DNA of 61,487 bases, counting the filler, from Sphacelaria rigidula (lineage: Eukaryota), in NCBI GenBank assembly GCA_964200075.2. It is 6 parts of 6 records of this genome, joined end to end, with 100 filler letters (N's around TTAATTAATTAA, not from the genome) between each part and the next. Parts side by side here need not be neighbours in the genome. Positions count along the whole stretch, not along the records: positions 20,531 to 30,695 come from CAXNAA020007003.1; positions 30,796 to 40,959 come from CAXNAA020007004.1; 4 more parts are not named here. The stretch is one strand, 5' to 3'. Under the pieces are notes generated by a model. It was given only the letters and a program-made list of their open reading frames with translations. It did not search any database and had not been told where the DNA came from. Made by a program: the position numbers and the translations under genes. This document shows, piece after piece, positions 23,801-36,720 of this stretch (positions within the stretch are counted from its first letter, which is position 1; every line of letters starts with the position of its first letter).

Positions 23801-26800
23801 GCTACTGCCCGCCTAACATCTCATGTGACCCCCACCACTCTGTCAATACTCGTGGACAAGTGAACTACTACGCCATGTGTCGCAATTTCGCCGATGATGC
23901 CTTCATGGCATACCACAAGCGCAGCTGCCAGCTCGGATTCTCGTCCGGCCATCGTATCATGAACGGGTTAAATGTACGCGTGCTGCAAGTGTCAACGAAA
24001 AACAAAAACTGACCACTGAGCCGAATGATGACTGGCTGTTTCTGCCCATGTTCTAGTGTGATGACAACCCCCCCCACACACACACAAAAGAATATATATA
24101 TATATATATGCATGCAGGCACGAGAATATGCACATCAGTGATCCACACACAGAAACGAGCACGATCCGCTGTACCTGAGACATGGCCTGGGATAACTCGA
24201 GCCGCATGCGTTCCACCTCCTCCCTGGATCTTGAGAGCTCAGTCCTGGATAACACAAAGCCGGCAATTTCACCGTTGCCTGTATTGTAGTCCGTAGTGAA
24301 TATCAGCTAGAGGGCATGGGATGTGGACACCCTTCGACGCCACATGTACGAAACATGAAGAGAAACATATGCTACCAACCTCAACATATGTGCGACATAG
24401 TTCGAGTGCGTTGTTCCTCAGGACTTTTGCTCTGTGGTACCCAGTGTATTTTACCTGTGTCTCACCGCGAAATTCTTTTCTCGTACAAATTCAGAGTTTT
24501 TTTTTTTTTTCATTATCATGAAACTCCGTCCTTGAGGTTCCCACAATGATCATTACCTGTGCAATGCAGAGTGTCCACTGCTTGCATAGCAACTACGAAC
24601 GTCACAGCATCAATGGCTTGCTTCGGCCGTGAAAACAAAATCACATGCACCGTATGCTGTGCTGCGCGAGGTTTCGGCATAGCACGACGTACCATGCTCA
24701 GCATACAATGAGCGATTACCTCGCGTGTTCTGCTTTCCTCTGGGCTTCGACTGTGCCCTCTTCCGCCGCCTTGGCAGCCGCTAGAACATTTCGAGCAGCT
24801 TCCTTTTGCTTTTCAAGTCCATGCTCCTGCACACAGGAAGGGCGGTACCAGCAAAAACCGCAGGGTAGTGTTTTTCAGGTAGTGTTGTTAGGCAATATCC
24901 AGTTATGCCGAGCGGAAAATGGGCAAAATAGATCGACCTATTGAGCGTTTGGCGAGACCCGAAAACTCCTTGAAGCTCTAAATGCATGCGTGTATGGCCA
25001 TCATCGACAAAGTCGGTAGTTAGTTCGAAAAGGACCAAATCGAGCATGGCAAAGTGGATATGAGATGGTACGAACGCCATACCAGGTGCGCGAAATGATT
25101 ATTGCGCCCTGCGAAAAACTGGCAGTGGGAACATGCAGCCCCAGCAGCACCGAAATTAGTGTGCGTCGATCTCCAACACAAATTTTACCAACATGTGGGT
25201 GTGTATGCGTTGCTCGCACTGTACCAACACGGTAGGGAAAAGTCAACGGGTGCGATGTCGTTATTCATAAATACATTCCGAGCGTTTTCCTTACTCAAAC
25301 TGGCCCTTCGACAAACCTCCTCACTTCACCAATATCCATACTGGGCCGCCCAAGACGCGGACAGGGATGTGAACACGCGATTTAGCAACTCAATTTTGGG
25401 TCATTTTCTATGAAATTTTGACACAATGTTCAGGACGTACGTACAGAGGCTCCATTTCCGGCCCCCTACATTTCTTCTCGTTTTTTTTTCTAATTATTCA
25501 CGATTTTGTTCCGAAAAACTGTTCTGAAATGTTTGGTCGCCGATAATTTACGGAGAAAAAAAATGAACGGGGCAAATGAGGGCGTCTTTGCACATACATC
25601 CTGTACATTGTGTCAAAGTTTCATAAAAACGACCTGAAACTAAGCTGCTAAATCGCGTGTTCGTGTTCACGACTGGTTTCTATGTGGAGATGGACCAGCC
25701 ACGAAAAAATGAAACGGGGTTATGCTGTTCAATTTCAAGTATTTTTTCACGGAATTCTGACACGATGCGCATGAGGTATGTTGTGAAGTCCTCATTGTCC
25801 CCCCTTGGTATTTTTTTCAATGAGTTGTCGACGCTTTCGTACCAGGGAAAACTATTCCAAAATTTGGATCACCAATCACTCACGAGATGCAAGGAAAATA
25901 AAAGAGGGGGAAACGATAGGGGCTTCACATATACCAAATGTATATCGTGTCAAAAATTCATGGAAAACGACTTCAAATTGAGCAGTAGAATCGCGTTATT
26001 CTGTCGAGAACCAGTTCATTTGCTTTTAGAGTACAACAACCTCGGCCGGAACTTTGACGTTTTCTACAAGCCCGACGCCTTGGGGCGCTGGAGGTCTCGT
26101 CTGATGCCACATCAGACCCTGCGCGCGTACAGTACATGATTTGTTGTACAACCACAGCTAGTGCAGCACCTTCACTTTGCGGCCGCGGCACAACCGACCG
26201 TAACCGTAAATGCGATTTCAGCCGTTTTTTCCTCTAATTCCGCCGCACATGCCACCCTCAACTCTCTACACTTCGCAGCTGACTACACTTTGGTATTTCG
26301 TTTGATGGGAACTTGTCAGGTCGCCGTGCTACGTGAAGTGAAAGACGCGCGTTGATTTGCAGATAACCGTGATGTGTCATAGTAGGCACAATGAGCGATA
26401 GATAGTCAGTCAGACCCGGCTGAAGGAAAGTCCGCTTCTTAGGCGGCCCAGCCTGTAGGGTTAGGGTTAGGGTTAGGGCTAGGGTTAGGGCTAGGGCTAG
26501 GGCCACCCACTTCACATCGCCGAGTGCGGAGATGATCATGTTGTAGGTACAGTATCCCAAATGTCTCCGAAAATAGGCAAGCGATGTCAGCACCTGTCGC
26601 TGCAAGTCTTCGAAGCCGCTCTCAACAGTCTTCTTGAGTCTCTCAAGCTCTCTCCTAGCCTTGCTGCCCTCCCTAACTGCGCGATCGGCCGCTCTCTGTT
26701 TTTCGTTGGCCTCTTCCAATCTCTTGTGCGCCTCGTCCTCCCACTCAGCTAGCTCCGCCTTTTGCGTACGCCATACATGTCGACAAGTGAACAACCCGAG

Positions 26801-29800
26801 TAATATAGTACGTAATTACTCATTGGGTGGTTGTTGCCGTACATGATATGATCCCCTCTTAGGGCTAGGGTTAGGGCTAGGGTTAGGGCTAGGGTTAAGG
26901 CTAGGGCTAGGGTTAAGGAGTCCAGCCGTCGTCACAAGATGGACGCACCCAAAGTCATACACGATGTATGATATATTATACTAGAGAGTAGACCTAAGGT
27001 GAAGGCAAACGTTACTACTGTGGGTACACCAGAGAGTACGAATAAATATCTTTCACGTCAGAAAATAACACCTGTGTTCCATCGCTGGCAAAGGTGAAAC
27101 ACGCATGGCACAAACGCCATTTCTGACGCATCAAGCACACGAGCTCCTAACACGAACACCAATCTCGTATTGGGGCATAATATCCAAGCGCAAACCTATC
27201 TCACCCTCCCACCACAAACAAAGATCGCATAATAAAATTTTAAAACATCACACACAATAAATACCCCAAGCCTCATGTACAAACAGCAGCATGCTCTTCG
27301 CCCAAGAAGGCCAGGTGATACGTGACCAATCACCTTTCGTTTAGCAAGGTCGGCTCTCTCGGCCTCTAGGCTCTTCTCGAGGCCAGTGAGACGTTCTTTC
27401 AATCGTTCTGCCTCGAGCGCCTTCGCTTGTCCCCCGTCTTCCACTGCCCTGGCTGCGCTCTCTACCCGCTTGGCTTCCGTCTCGCGAAGCGCCACCGCGT
27501 TTTCCCTCGCTTGCAACGCAGACCTGCCATCAGTAATCAACACAGAGATCAACAGAGGGACTCAAAGTGCGAACGCAGATACGTGAAGAGGGCACAGTAA
27601 ACACGGGAAGCGTGGTGTGCAGTGCAGTGTCGCCAACATAGGATGACAACACCCAGCGCTGGGTGCCGCATTCAAGTGCCCTCGTCGCAGACGTGCAGTC
27701 TCATCATTGACACACAATGTCTCAAATCCCAGGAGTCCCGTCGACAGCGACGAACACCGTTTAACCACCAGAAGGTTATTTTTTTTTGCACTATTCGCAT
27801 CTCTGATCGCTCGTCCATTCCATCAAAATGCGCGTTGGGAAGGTCTTCACCCACCATTACTCGTATCTCCTATGAAAAAGTTGAAAACATATTAAAAAAA
27901 AAAGTGGGGAGCGCTGACACATCTGTCGATTTGAGCGATGGCATAGCCTCGGAGAACACATTCGACTATCGTACTCAACAGACGTGAGAAAAGGCTGCTC
28001 CAACTTCAGACTCTAAGGGCACCGAGATGTCACCAAGGCTCATTCATATTGAAAACGCATCGAAAACAAGGATAGGTGAACACGGTGGAATGACACACCG
28101 AGAAAACATGACGGTAAAGATAGAAATCAGCAATCGACCGAATCGAGACATCGCGCACCTCGTTTCCTCCGCGCGACGCTCCTCCGTTTCCAGCGTCGCG
28201 GAACGCTCGTCAAGAATTTTCTGCCGAGAGAGGCGCTCAGCCTCAAGCTTATCAGCGATTTCAGACGTATCTTTGGCTTGGTTCTTTAGTACGTCTTCCC
28301 ACTGAGATAAGGCTTGCTCTCTGGCCTATGATGTTCACGATAACACACACAAAGGTGTTGGCAGCGAGTGGGAATGGGGGAACTGCCTGGTTGGTTTTCA
28401 GAACTTTTTCGAGATTCTTTCCGTGAGCAACAGGGACATTGTGTCTCGGGTCTCTCCACACATGCCCGAGCTTGTCTCGATAGTTCAACAACGCAACCGA
28501 GTCAGAGCACAATTACTGATCACCGGTGTCGGTCGCCCTTCTGACCCTTCCCATACCCCCAAGACCCCCGTGCGTTCACAACAAATTGCCAACGTTGGTG
28601 AACATCAACATTCACAATCAGGCAGACAATTCACACCTCGGACAAGTGAAATCGTGCTTGTCAATATTCAACTTTTGCGCGAATCAGTCATGCTGTGCGG
28701 ACAACAACCGTGGTTCGTATATGCTTTGGTCTCGTGAGTGGTGAGGCGCCACATTGGGACGTATACAATCTCGCTCGTCATTCCTGCGGTACCCCCTCGA
28801 AGGTCTAGTTCTACATTCATGATTTAGTCGGGATGAATCACGCATACATGTTTCCCCATACGTGATTCATGCAGCATGGATCATACGTACGTGTTAACAG
28901 GCTTCCCGCGCGTGATTCGTACAGCATGAATCATACGTACATGTTTTCTGCCCCACACTCATACGGCATGAATCAAGTGCATACCTTTTCAACGAGTCAG
29001 TCGTACATCAACTGCGCTCGGCTTGAACATCTTTTGTACTCTTTTTCCGTGTGATTCCGTTCGGAGGGTACACAATCCCGCTCGTCACTCGTGCGATACT
29101 AATACCTTAAACGTAGAACGGTCTCATCTGTCATTCGTACATGACGACTCTTTGACACATGAACCGCACTCGACAGTCGTACCGGGCCAGCTCGCAAACC
29201 AATCTCGATTCCTTCAAGGTGTTCAACATTTGGCGAGGGAAACTCTGCAAAGTAAGCCATATTTGGGGCACTGGGAGAATGAAATTGCGATGGAAGCCAT
29301 TAGTCGAGCCTATCGTCAGGCGAAAAAAAACACAACATCTGTGCATATTATTGTCATTATTTACGCACATTAGGCAGATCTCTTGAACCCGTGGTCACAG
29401 ACGTAGGCCCGTCTTTCCAATACCGTCTCTGCTGTTCCGTACAATACATAGTCCTGCATCGTTTTTGCTTGAGACTCTAGCCTCATGACAGGAACGAACG
29501 CAATCAACAAAAATATTACCAAAATGAAGATAAGAATAGATAGCTTCCTTAAACTCGAAAATCCAAGATCCACACACACAAAAACACTGGGCTAGGCACA
29601 CAATGACAACAATACCTTCACCGCCTGCTCCGCCTGCTTGACCTTGCTCTCATCTTCGGCCACCGCCCGCCTCGTCTCTTCTAGTGCTGCTCTCAACTGT
29701 CGAGCTTCCGCTACAGCACCCTCTGCGCCCCTTGTCTCGGCGAAAGCGTCCTCCCTAGCAGCTTCCAACAAAGTCCTTGCCTCCTCCATTTCTTCCTCCT

Positions 29801-30231
29801 TTTGAAGCAGCCGCTCCTGTTTCACACGTACAGTACACGCACACGCGATATACCAGCTTCCTTCATCATCGTGAAAGTAGAAAGACAGAAAATTCCGACA
29901 CCCCAAGGGGATACATGGGTGTATACAGTGCAAATGTAATGCAAAGACGGGGGCTCGAATCAAGGACTCCAGTCCATCCACGCGCAACACCCACCTCTCG
30001 CTGGCGAACCTCATCCGCCCGCTCTTGGAGCTCACGCTTGCCATCAGAACATGCCTCGCGTAGTCTCTGTAACTCGTCGCTATTCTCTTCTATTTCCCTT
30101 CTCCATGAAGCCATGTCTGCCTCCTTAGCCTTCAAGTCCCTATCCCGTAATGATAACGCTTCTGATCGCTCCTTCAATTCCGCGCGACATGTCTCCAGGT
30201 CGTCCCGCTCAGCTCCCAGCTCGCGCTTTAG
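20825..30231 (-). CDS. Long coiled-coil protein, 10 internal exons (29995-30231, 29616-29816, 28159-28325, 27334-27523, 26594-26758, 24720-24826, 24175-24244, 23470-23592, 22445-22632, 20825-20993), 539 codons, partial at both ends
   Basis: GT-AG junctions with matching phases (0,0,2,0,0,2,0,0,2); E/K/R/A/L/Q-rich heptad-like translation with no stops. Confidence 0.85.
23233..23311 (+). repeat. (CAAT)n-tailed dispersed repeat 3' end, copy 2
   Basis: ggggatgcgtcc..gaccatgactggacc..gttaaagtgcgacaatcaatc. Confidence 0.6.
25371..25662. mobile_element. Fold-back MITE, ~95-bp imperfect TIRs
   Basis: gaacacgcgatttagca..tttgacacaatgt vs acattgtgtcaaa..tgctaaatcgcgtgttc. Confidence 0.75.
26456..26502 (+). 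repeat. Interstitial telomere-like (TTAGGG/CTAGGG)n
   Basis: About 8 hexamer units. Confidence 0.9.
26858..26918 (+). repeat. Interstitial telomere-like (TTAGGG/CTAGGG/TTAAGG)n
   Basis: About 10 hexamer units. Confidence 0.9.
28762..29150 (-). repeat. 42-bp period repeat family copy
   Basis: Reverse complement is similar to 47170-47370; conceptual translations share DSY.MN..YMFS with 14-aa periodicity. Confidence 0.7.
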
Positions 30232-33200
30232 CTGTCAGATGGACGGCATGTTTTTGCGATAGAACCGAACCAATTACACGCCGGGGTCGGGTAGGCTTGC
30301 GTGAACAAGGTAAAGTTAGACAGACTCTTATCTTCCCGTGGCACAGAGGCACACGGGGGCATCAGATTCGGTAAACTGGCAGGCATCCCATCAAAGGCAA
30401 ATAAATGAAGCGGTACTTGTCCATCCGCGAGGCAACTGGAGAAATAATCCTTCAACGTGCCCTGTGACCACGGAAGGTGTCCGCATCCGATGCCCAGTAC
30501 GAATGTACCGCGCAGATATCGGAACGGTTTTTAATGTGAACACAACAACAACGTGCGACTCCGGTCAGTGTTCACTGAAATCCAGCCTTTTCCGCACAGC
30601 AACCACGAAAGCGGTAGCCTCTCCCCCCCCTCACCTCTAGATTCTTGGGTTGGCGTCGAGTGGCAACGGCGCTGTAAAACAAGCCACCAAAACCTNNNNN
30701 NNNNNNNNNNNNNNNNNNNNNNNNNNNNNNNNNNNNNNNTTAATTAATTAANNNNNNNNNNNNNNNNNNNNNNNNNNNNNNNNNNNNNNNNNNNNGTCAA
30801 CGGTCATCATCCTGCTGATCACTACATAGCACATCATGTAGGCGATATTTCGTCACAGCATGCATGTGTGACTGATGTGACACTCTCAGAATGACACAGT
30901 TTTCAATACACTGCTGTGTGCTGAATGAACTAAAGCTCGTATATTCTTGTTCGCGAAAAAAAAAAGTGGAATAATCTTTGCGCGGTTCGGCAGAAACTGA
31001 CTGTAGGAAATGGTGATTGCTGCTGTTGGCGTGAAAATGAGCGGAGTATAACGTGAGTATTTCCAGAGGATGACGATCAAAGAAATCATGCACGTATACA
31101 GTAATCTTTTACTATGGCACGTGTTTTGATGACTTGTCATGTGTTTCGATAAGCGCATGGATGATGTTCCACATCTGAAAAATGGAGAACGTGGATGGTG
31201 TGCCCATTTGTCTGGAAGGAGCACCGCACATTTGTTCCGAGCTGCGTCAGTTAGGACTGAGTCAAAAAGTGCGGCACGTTTGTAGGCAAAGTACGGTATC
31301 AAGCTTTAAGTGCGTGATATGATCGAATGCTACGGTGCGAAATGGTATTATCCCTTGCGCGTTTGCTTTGTGTGAGTATGCCACGACTGGGAATTGCCGT
31401 TGACTGGATTATTGACTTCACTGAATCCGATTGAGACGCTGTTTTCAAGTGTCGTTGCTCGGCGTTTTGCAAGTGATAATTTTCTTTGTGAACATGACAT
31501 TGCATTGTCATGTGTCACAAGGAGACGGACAAAGGTAGCATGAACGTGACTGTCGGTGTCTACTGTTTGTCAAACTCGCATTCTACTTCGAGTAGTGGGA
31601 GTTTTGGGGGTGCTGTAGAGTAGTCCACCTCTAGTGCACGTACAGATGCATGAGGGGCTGCAGGTTGATTCATGGAGGTCCGGATGTGAAATTTACATCA
31701 TGATATGAGGTCATGAAATATTCTCTGGAGTATGACCATGACTGCTTGACAATATATGTGTTCAAGCAGGTGCAAGGTTACTTCCGATAAGACACCTTCT
31801 ACGATAGCCCCCCCCAAAAAGTGCATGGTTTTTAAGGCAAAATCTTCACGTGAATCGGGAAGGAAAAAGCCGAGCACAACGAGAAGCTGAGAATTCCCAC
31901 GCTTGGGTTTCCTCCAGCCATTGTCGCCAATATGAGGCGCTTCATGCGGCCTGAACCCGAACATCAGGGGCTGTATGGCCATTTTTTTCGTGACACTTTT
32001 AGCTGGTTTTGGGGGGGGCTATCGTAGAAAGTGTAATAACGAAGACTGTGTGTTTGTGAACAACAACTGTCTTGAAGTCTCCGAGCCCTTGTGAGGGAGT
32101 AAGCCCTTGAAGCAATCTTGTGATCTTGTTCTGAGTCCAGGAGGGCTCTATAGATCCAGCCATGCTGCCACTGCTTTGGAAAGGACGAAGCTAATTTGCT
32201 CCGATGACCTAGCGCTGAGAGGCAAAGACCCTGGTTGCTCTTGGCCGCCGGACCAGCGCGTAATTAGCTGAGGCTCTTGCTGTTGTGGTGAGCGCCGAGT
32301 TGGGTGCTGATGTTGAGGAGCAAGTGCTGAGGTGATTAAGTGCTTGCTGAGACATGATTGTTGCCGATTGTTATTGTTCCAAACTCTCAAACGTCAACGA
32401 AGTACAAATTCTAAAGCCATCGTAACAATTCGTCTCTCGCATTCGATACCGTTCAGCATACAGAATACTCTTTCGTACGTCCAACACCTGTGCAACGGAG
32501 TGCAGCAGCCAAGTAATATACCTGAAACTGGAACCAAAAAATTATCCAAGAGGTCTATAACGTAGCAGGTCTCTTGCTTGTTCAACTCCGCGAAAACGTA
32601 TGCATCGCACACCTCTTCTTCGTTCATGCTTTGAAGCTACATTGCGCCAATCAACTCATCAGCATATTTCAAAAAAGCCATGACTCAAACCGCTTTTCAA
32701 GCCATATATACCAATCCAACAACGGCAAACGGACCTCGATCTCCGCCATCATTGATCACCCGTAGTGATATCGTTCTCAAACACGATTTACCGGGTACAC
32801 CTCCGAACGCACCCAGATATTATATTTCAACTTGGATTCAGGACCGTGATACCCTATCGGTCGATTAACTGCGATGTAAGATGGAGTTCATGTCCCAACA
32901 GACTTCCAGCTCACCTGCACCGCTTCCTCAGACAAACGGACACTCCATCCATCCACATGATCCTTCAAGACGGAAATGAAACTTTCCATCAAAAAACGTT
33001 CCATAGCCAAAGATCACGCATCTCCAACCACAACACCCGCGTTTTCCTTGCGTACATACAAGCCTAGGCATTTCGTAGTTACTGCTCATTTGACTCCAAC
33101 AGTAGCAATCACCGCCTCTTACAGTCAGTATCCACAAACTGCACAAAGACAACTCCGCCGCGTGTTTATGTGAACAGGAATATACGAGGTTCACCTCATC

Positions 33201-33649
33201 CAGCGTACAGCAGTATATTGAAAACGGCCTCACCCTGGCTCTTCGCCAGATACCATGCGCACCAGTAACGTACTGTAGCCAACATTCCACACATGCATGC
33301 CAGCATTTCACCCAGCACATGCAATACGACCTCCCTCGCAGCAAACACCATGCATCGTACGTGCCAACCAGATCAGCACAATACGCACATCCCAAATATC
33401 CACGTGTACGCCAGAATTCCATCCGGCACACGCGATACGATCACACTCGCTCAACAACCATGTTTCATGCGCACACATGACCACAAACCACACATTAACC
33501 AGCTGCAATCATTTTCAAAAAGATTGGCGAATACCAGTCATAATGTGTTTCCTCATTCTCAACAAGCACTCAATCACCTCAGCACTTGCTCCTCAACATC
33601 AGCACCCAACTCGGCGCTCACCACAACAGCAAGAACCTCAGCTAATGCC

Positions 33650-35050
33650 TTCTATGTAGTCCTCGAGCCCGCTCCTGAGAAATAGCAGCACTTGAACCAC
33701 GATCCCGTGCACAGCGTACAGCAGCGTTTCCACTCGAACACTCGCTCCTCGCGCCATGAGTGCAGCTACAACCCGCACCCTCGTGAAGCCGCTCAGCTTG
33801 CCGCCAACCAGTACATCCGCACCGCCGAACCAATGCGACAAGCTATCTGCCTCAACAGATACTTGGGCAGTACCGAACACCTGAGCTTCAGTTAGCTTTT
33901 CAGAGGGAACGAGAGGCGAAACGGAAACAGCTACTACACAGTCCCGACCAGCAACACCTCCTCATGGTAGTACACTATCATCCTCAAACACCTCCGCCAT
34001 CGCTGTCAAACACGCCGGAGGTATCCATGTAAACAGCGATGTGGACGACCACCGCAACACCACGCGATCCGGCGAAATCCACATCCGCCAACCTGGCATC
34101 CACGTTCTCCGCAAGCAGATAGACTCGCCCTAAGCATCGCAAGCCCCAAGCTTGCTCTGCTCAGTCTCATCACGAAGATAACACCCCCTTGCAGCGGTGA
34201 GCACGCACCGTGTGTCCCCAATTACGCGCTGGTCCGGCAGCCATGAGCAACCAGGGCCTTTACCCCTCAGCGCTAGCTCATCGGAGCAAATTGGCTTCGC
34301 CCTTTCAAAAGCAGCGGCAGCAACGCCAGGATGACATATACTGGCTTCAGCCACCACCTCCTGCCCAGCGCACTCCTGTACGGCGACAGCGGCAGCTGAG
34401 CTGCCTGCAGACCGCTCCAGCTGCGTGGCATGTTCGCCCTCTCCAACAGCGATACCAGCAGCATCCATAGCAGTGCTGACCGTGGTACTGTCGGCGTGCG
34501 CCCTCTCCTCATGCCTACCCGCTTGGACAGACACGTGCTGTGTCTCCTTCCCATTCTGCATATTGCAAGCAGCTGCCCTGCATTGTTGTTCCAGACGCGC
34601 ACCACCTACTGCACGTTCGGCAAGCGCACGATCGGTCGTGCCTATCCCCTCTGACAGACACATGCTTCTCGGCCTTTATAGTGCATGCGAGAGCGCTTTT
34701 ATGCCTGTCGCCTCTGACAGAGACGTACTGTGTGACCAGTGCGAGCTTCACAGTGCGGTGCGTCTCACCCGACGACGCATGCTCGCGCAACGCAAAAAGC
34801 AACTGCGTGTGCCCAACATCATAATCATGCTTCAAGAACTTGTCACACAGACATATTGCAATATGTTTCGACATGAGGTCAGAAACTGCTGTCACCTCAA
34901 AGAGGTTTGTCCACGGCGCGTTCACCTGATCTACATCTCGCACATATTGCTCGTATTTCCGTAAAAACCCGGCTGATTTCTCTCTCGAAACACTGCGGCC
35001 GCAGTACGGCACCTCAGTGCCAGTACAGGAACAACACGACCATCGACGAT
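33650..35050 (-). pseudogene. Possible gag/protease-region remnants of an LTR retrotransposon
   Basis: Coding-like fragments (AGFLRKYEQYVRDVDQVN; EKLTEAQVFGTAQVSVEAD) inside the repeat nest; no diagnostic motif. Confidence 0.3.
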
Positions 35051-35959
35051 GACATGTTGCTGCGCCTCATCATTTTCAACAGAACAGGAACTGCCGCTAC
35101 CTCCACGCTTTTTATCAAGCGCTGAGCCACCACGACATGTGTACATAGTGGGCAATCACAAAGCAGCACCTCAGCAGCTCAACAGTGGTTCCAGAAAAAC
35201 CGGCGTTGTTTCTCAATCACAGAAACAACACGTTTCCATACACCAAGACACGCTTGGCCACAAAACGACAATGGCCACAGCGCCTTTTTCTCACGCAGGT
35301 CTCACCACGTTTTGGAAGTCCCTAGAGTCCCTTTTTTGAACGCGGCGGGCCAACCTTGAACCGGCCCTCGCACAATTCTCCCGTCTGAGGTAGTAATTGC
35401 GCAGCGCTTTTTGGCAGGCTCTCCGGGCAACCCAGCTGGTGATCAACCCATATCAAAGCGCACCCTAGTACTACCTCAGAACCTTCGCGGCTCTACTCCT
35501 GCCATCCTTCTGTGCGCTGCCATCCTTCCGAAAGGCTTCTCCCCTTCAGTTTCCTTGGATTATATGATCGGCGCGTCTCTTTTCTCCGCTCCCTTCCCCC
35601 CTGTTTTTCAACGTGAGCGTCCCCCGTTTCACAGACTCTGGGGTGCGGCTTCGAAAATCTAATCCAGGAACGACAAGTTTCCTGAATAAACGTTTATTGT
35701 GAACCTGCTGAAATTAGAACGAGGTCAGGGTGCTGCTCCAGAGGCTTCCTCCCTGCCACGGGCTCCACAGACTTCAAGACTCAAGCAGTTATAAAAGCAG
35801 GAGTCTTAGTTAATCGAAAGTGATCTGCGCACCTCGTATGCAAATATCATATATCACGGAGTCCACCGATCATACTATCAGATCCATTATTGATCAACCA
35901 GCCTATAAAGGTCTGCTATGCATTTTATTCACTGCAGTCATGTACCGAATCAAGGTAAC

Positions 35960-36720
35960 AATGTTGCCCGGAGTGTTCATGCTGGATGGTTATCCGCCTG
36001 CTCGCGTTGAGCCCTGGAAGGTGAAGTTCAAACCTGTTGCTGTGGAGGCAAAGGCTCGGCCGAGGCCGTACTTTCCGGTCAGGATGGCGTGCTTGGCACG
36101 CTGCATCACAACATTAGTGGCGCTCGGGCTCGTGTACTGCAGTTTGCAGGTAGTGTGGGCTAGAGCGGTGATTGCAACGCCCGAGAAGTCCTGTTTTCGC
36201 TGGATAAATGCATACAAGGCGGGGGAGGGAGTTCCCCGTCCCCACAAGGAGGTGGTGCATGGTGCTCGCCCAGGGATGGTGCTTCATTTCACTTTTCTCA
36301 GTGTTGGCGAGGGTGGTCCGCTGGGCGATAATGGCTTGGACAAAGGAGATCGGTTCAAGCACATATGGGTAAGGATGGATGACCCGGGGGACTTCGTGCG
36401 GTTGGAGCCCGCGGAGTCTTGTACGGCGGCAACGACGGTGAAGCATCTGTTGACATAATGCAAAGCGCTGGGACCGCAGGAGGGATGGGTCAGCGATGCG
36501 GTACCGCAATATGAGAATTGTGCGGTTATGGTACCCGAGAAGGCGCTGATGGATCGCAGATTCGTGGTGGCCAACTCGCGGTTGTCACATCGTGAATGTG
36601 AGCGAATGGTGTGTGACATTGTTCGTACCTTGAAGGTCATAATGCAGGAAGGAAGACGCGATGCTGATGCCTGGGTGGGTTTGGTACTTGCCGTGCAGTG
36701 GGCATTGCACGCTGATTTTC
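35960..36720 (+). pseudogene. Internally deleted Ty3/Gypsy pol remnant (RT N-terminus fused to integrase core)
   Basis: VEPWKVKFKP..KARPRPY..LVALGLVY resembles the RT start. LHFTFL..HIWVRMDD..FVRLEP..WVSD..ERMVCDIVRTLK..WVGLVLAVQWAL resembles the rve core; internal stop. Confidence 0.7.
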
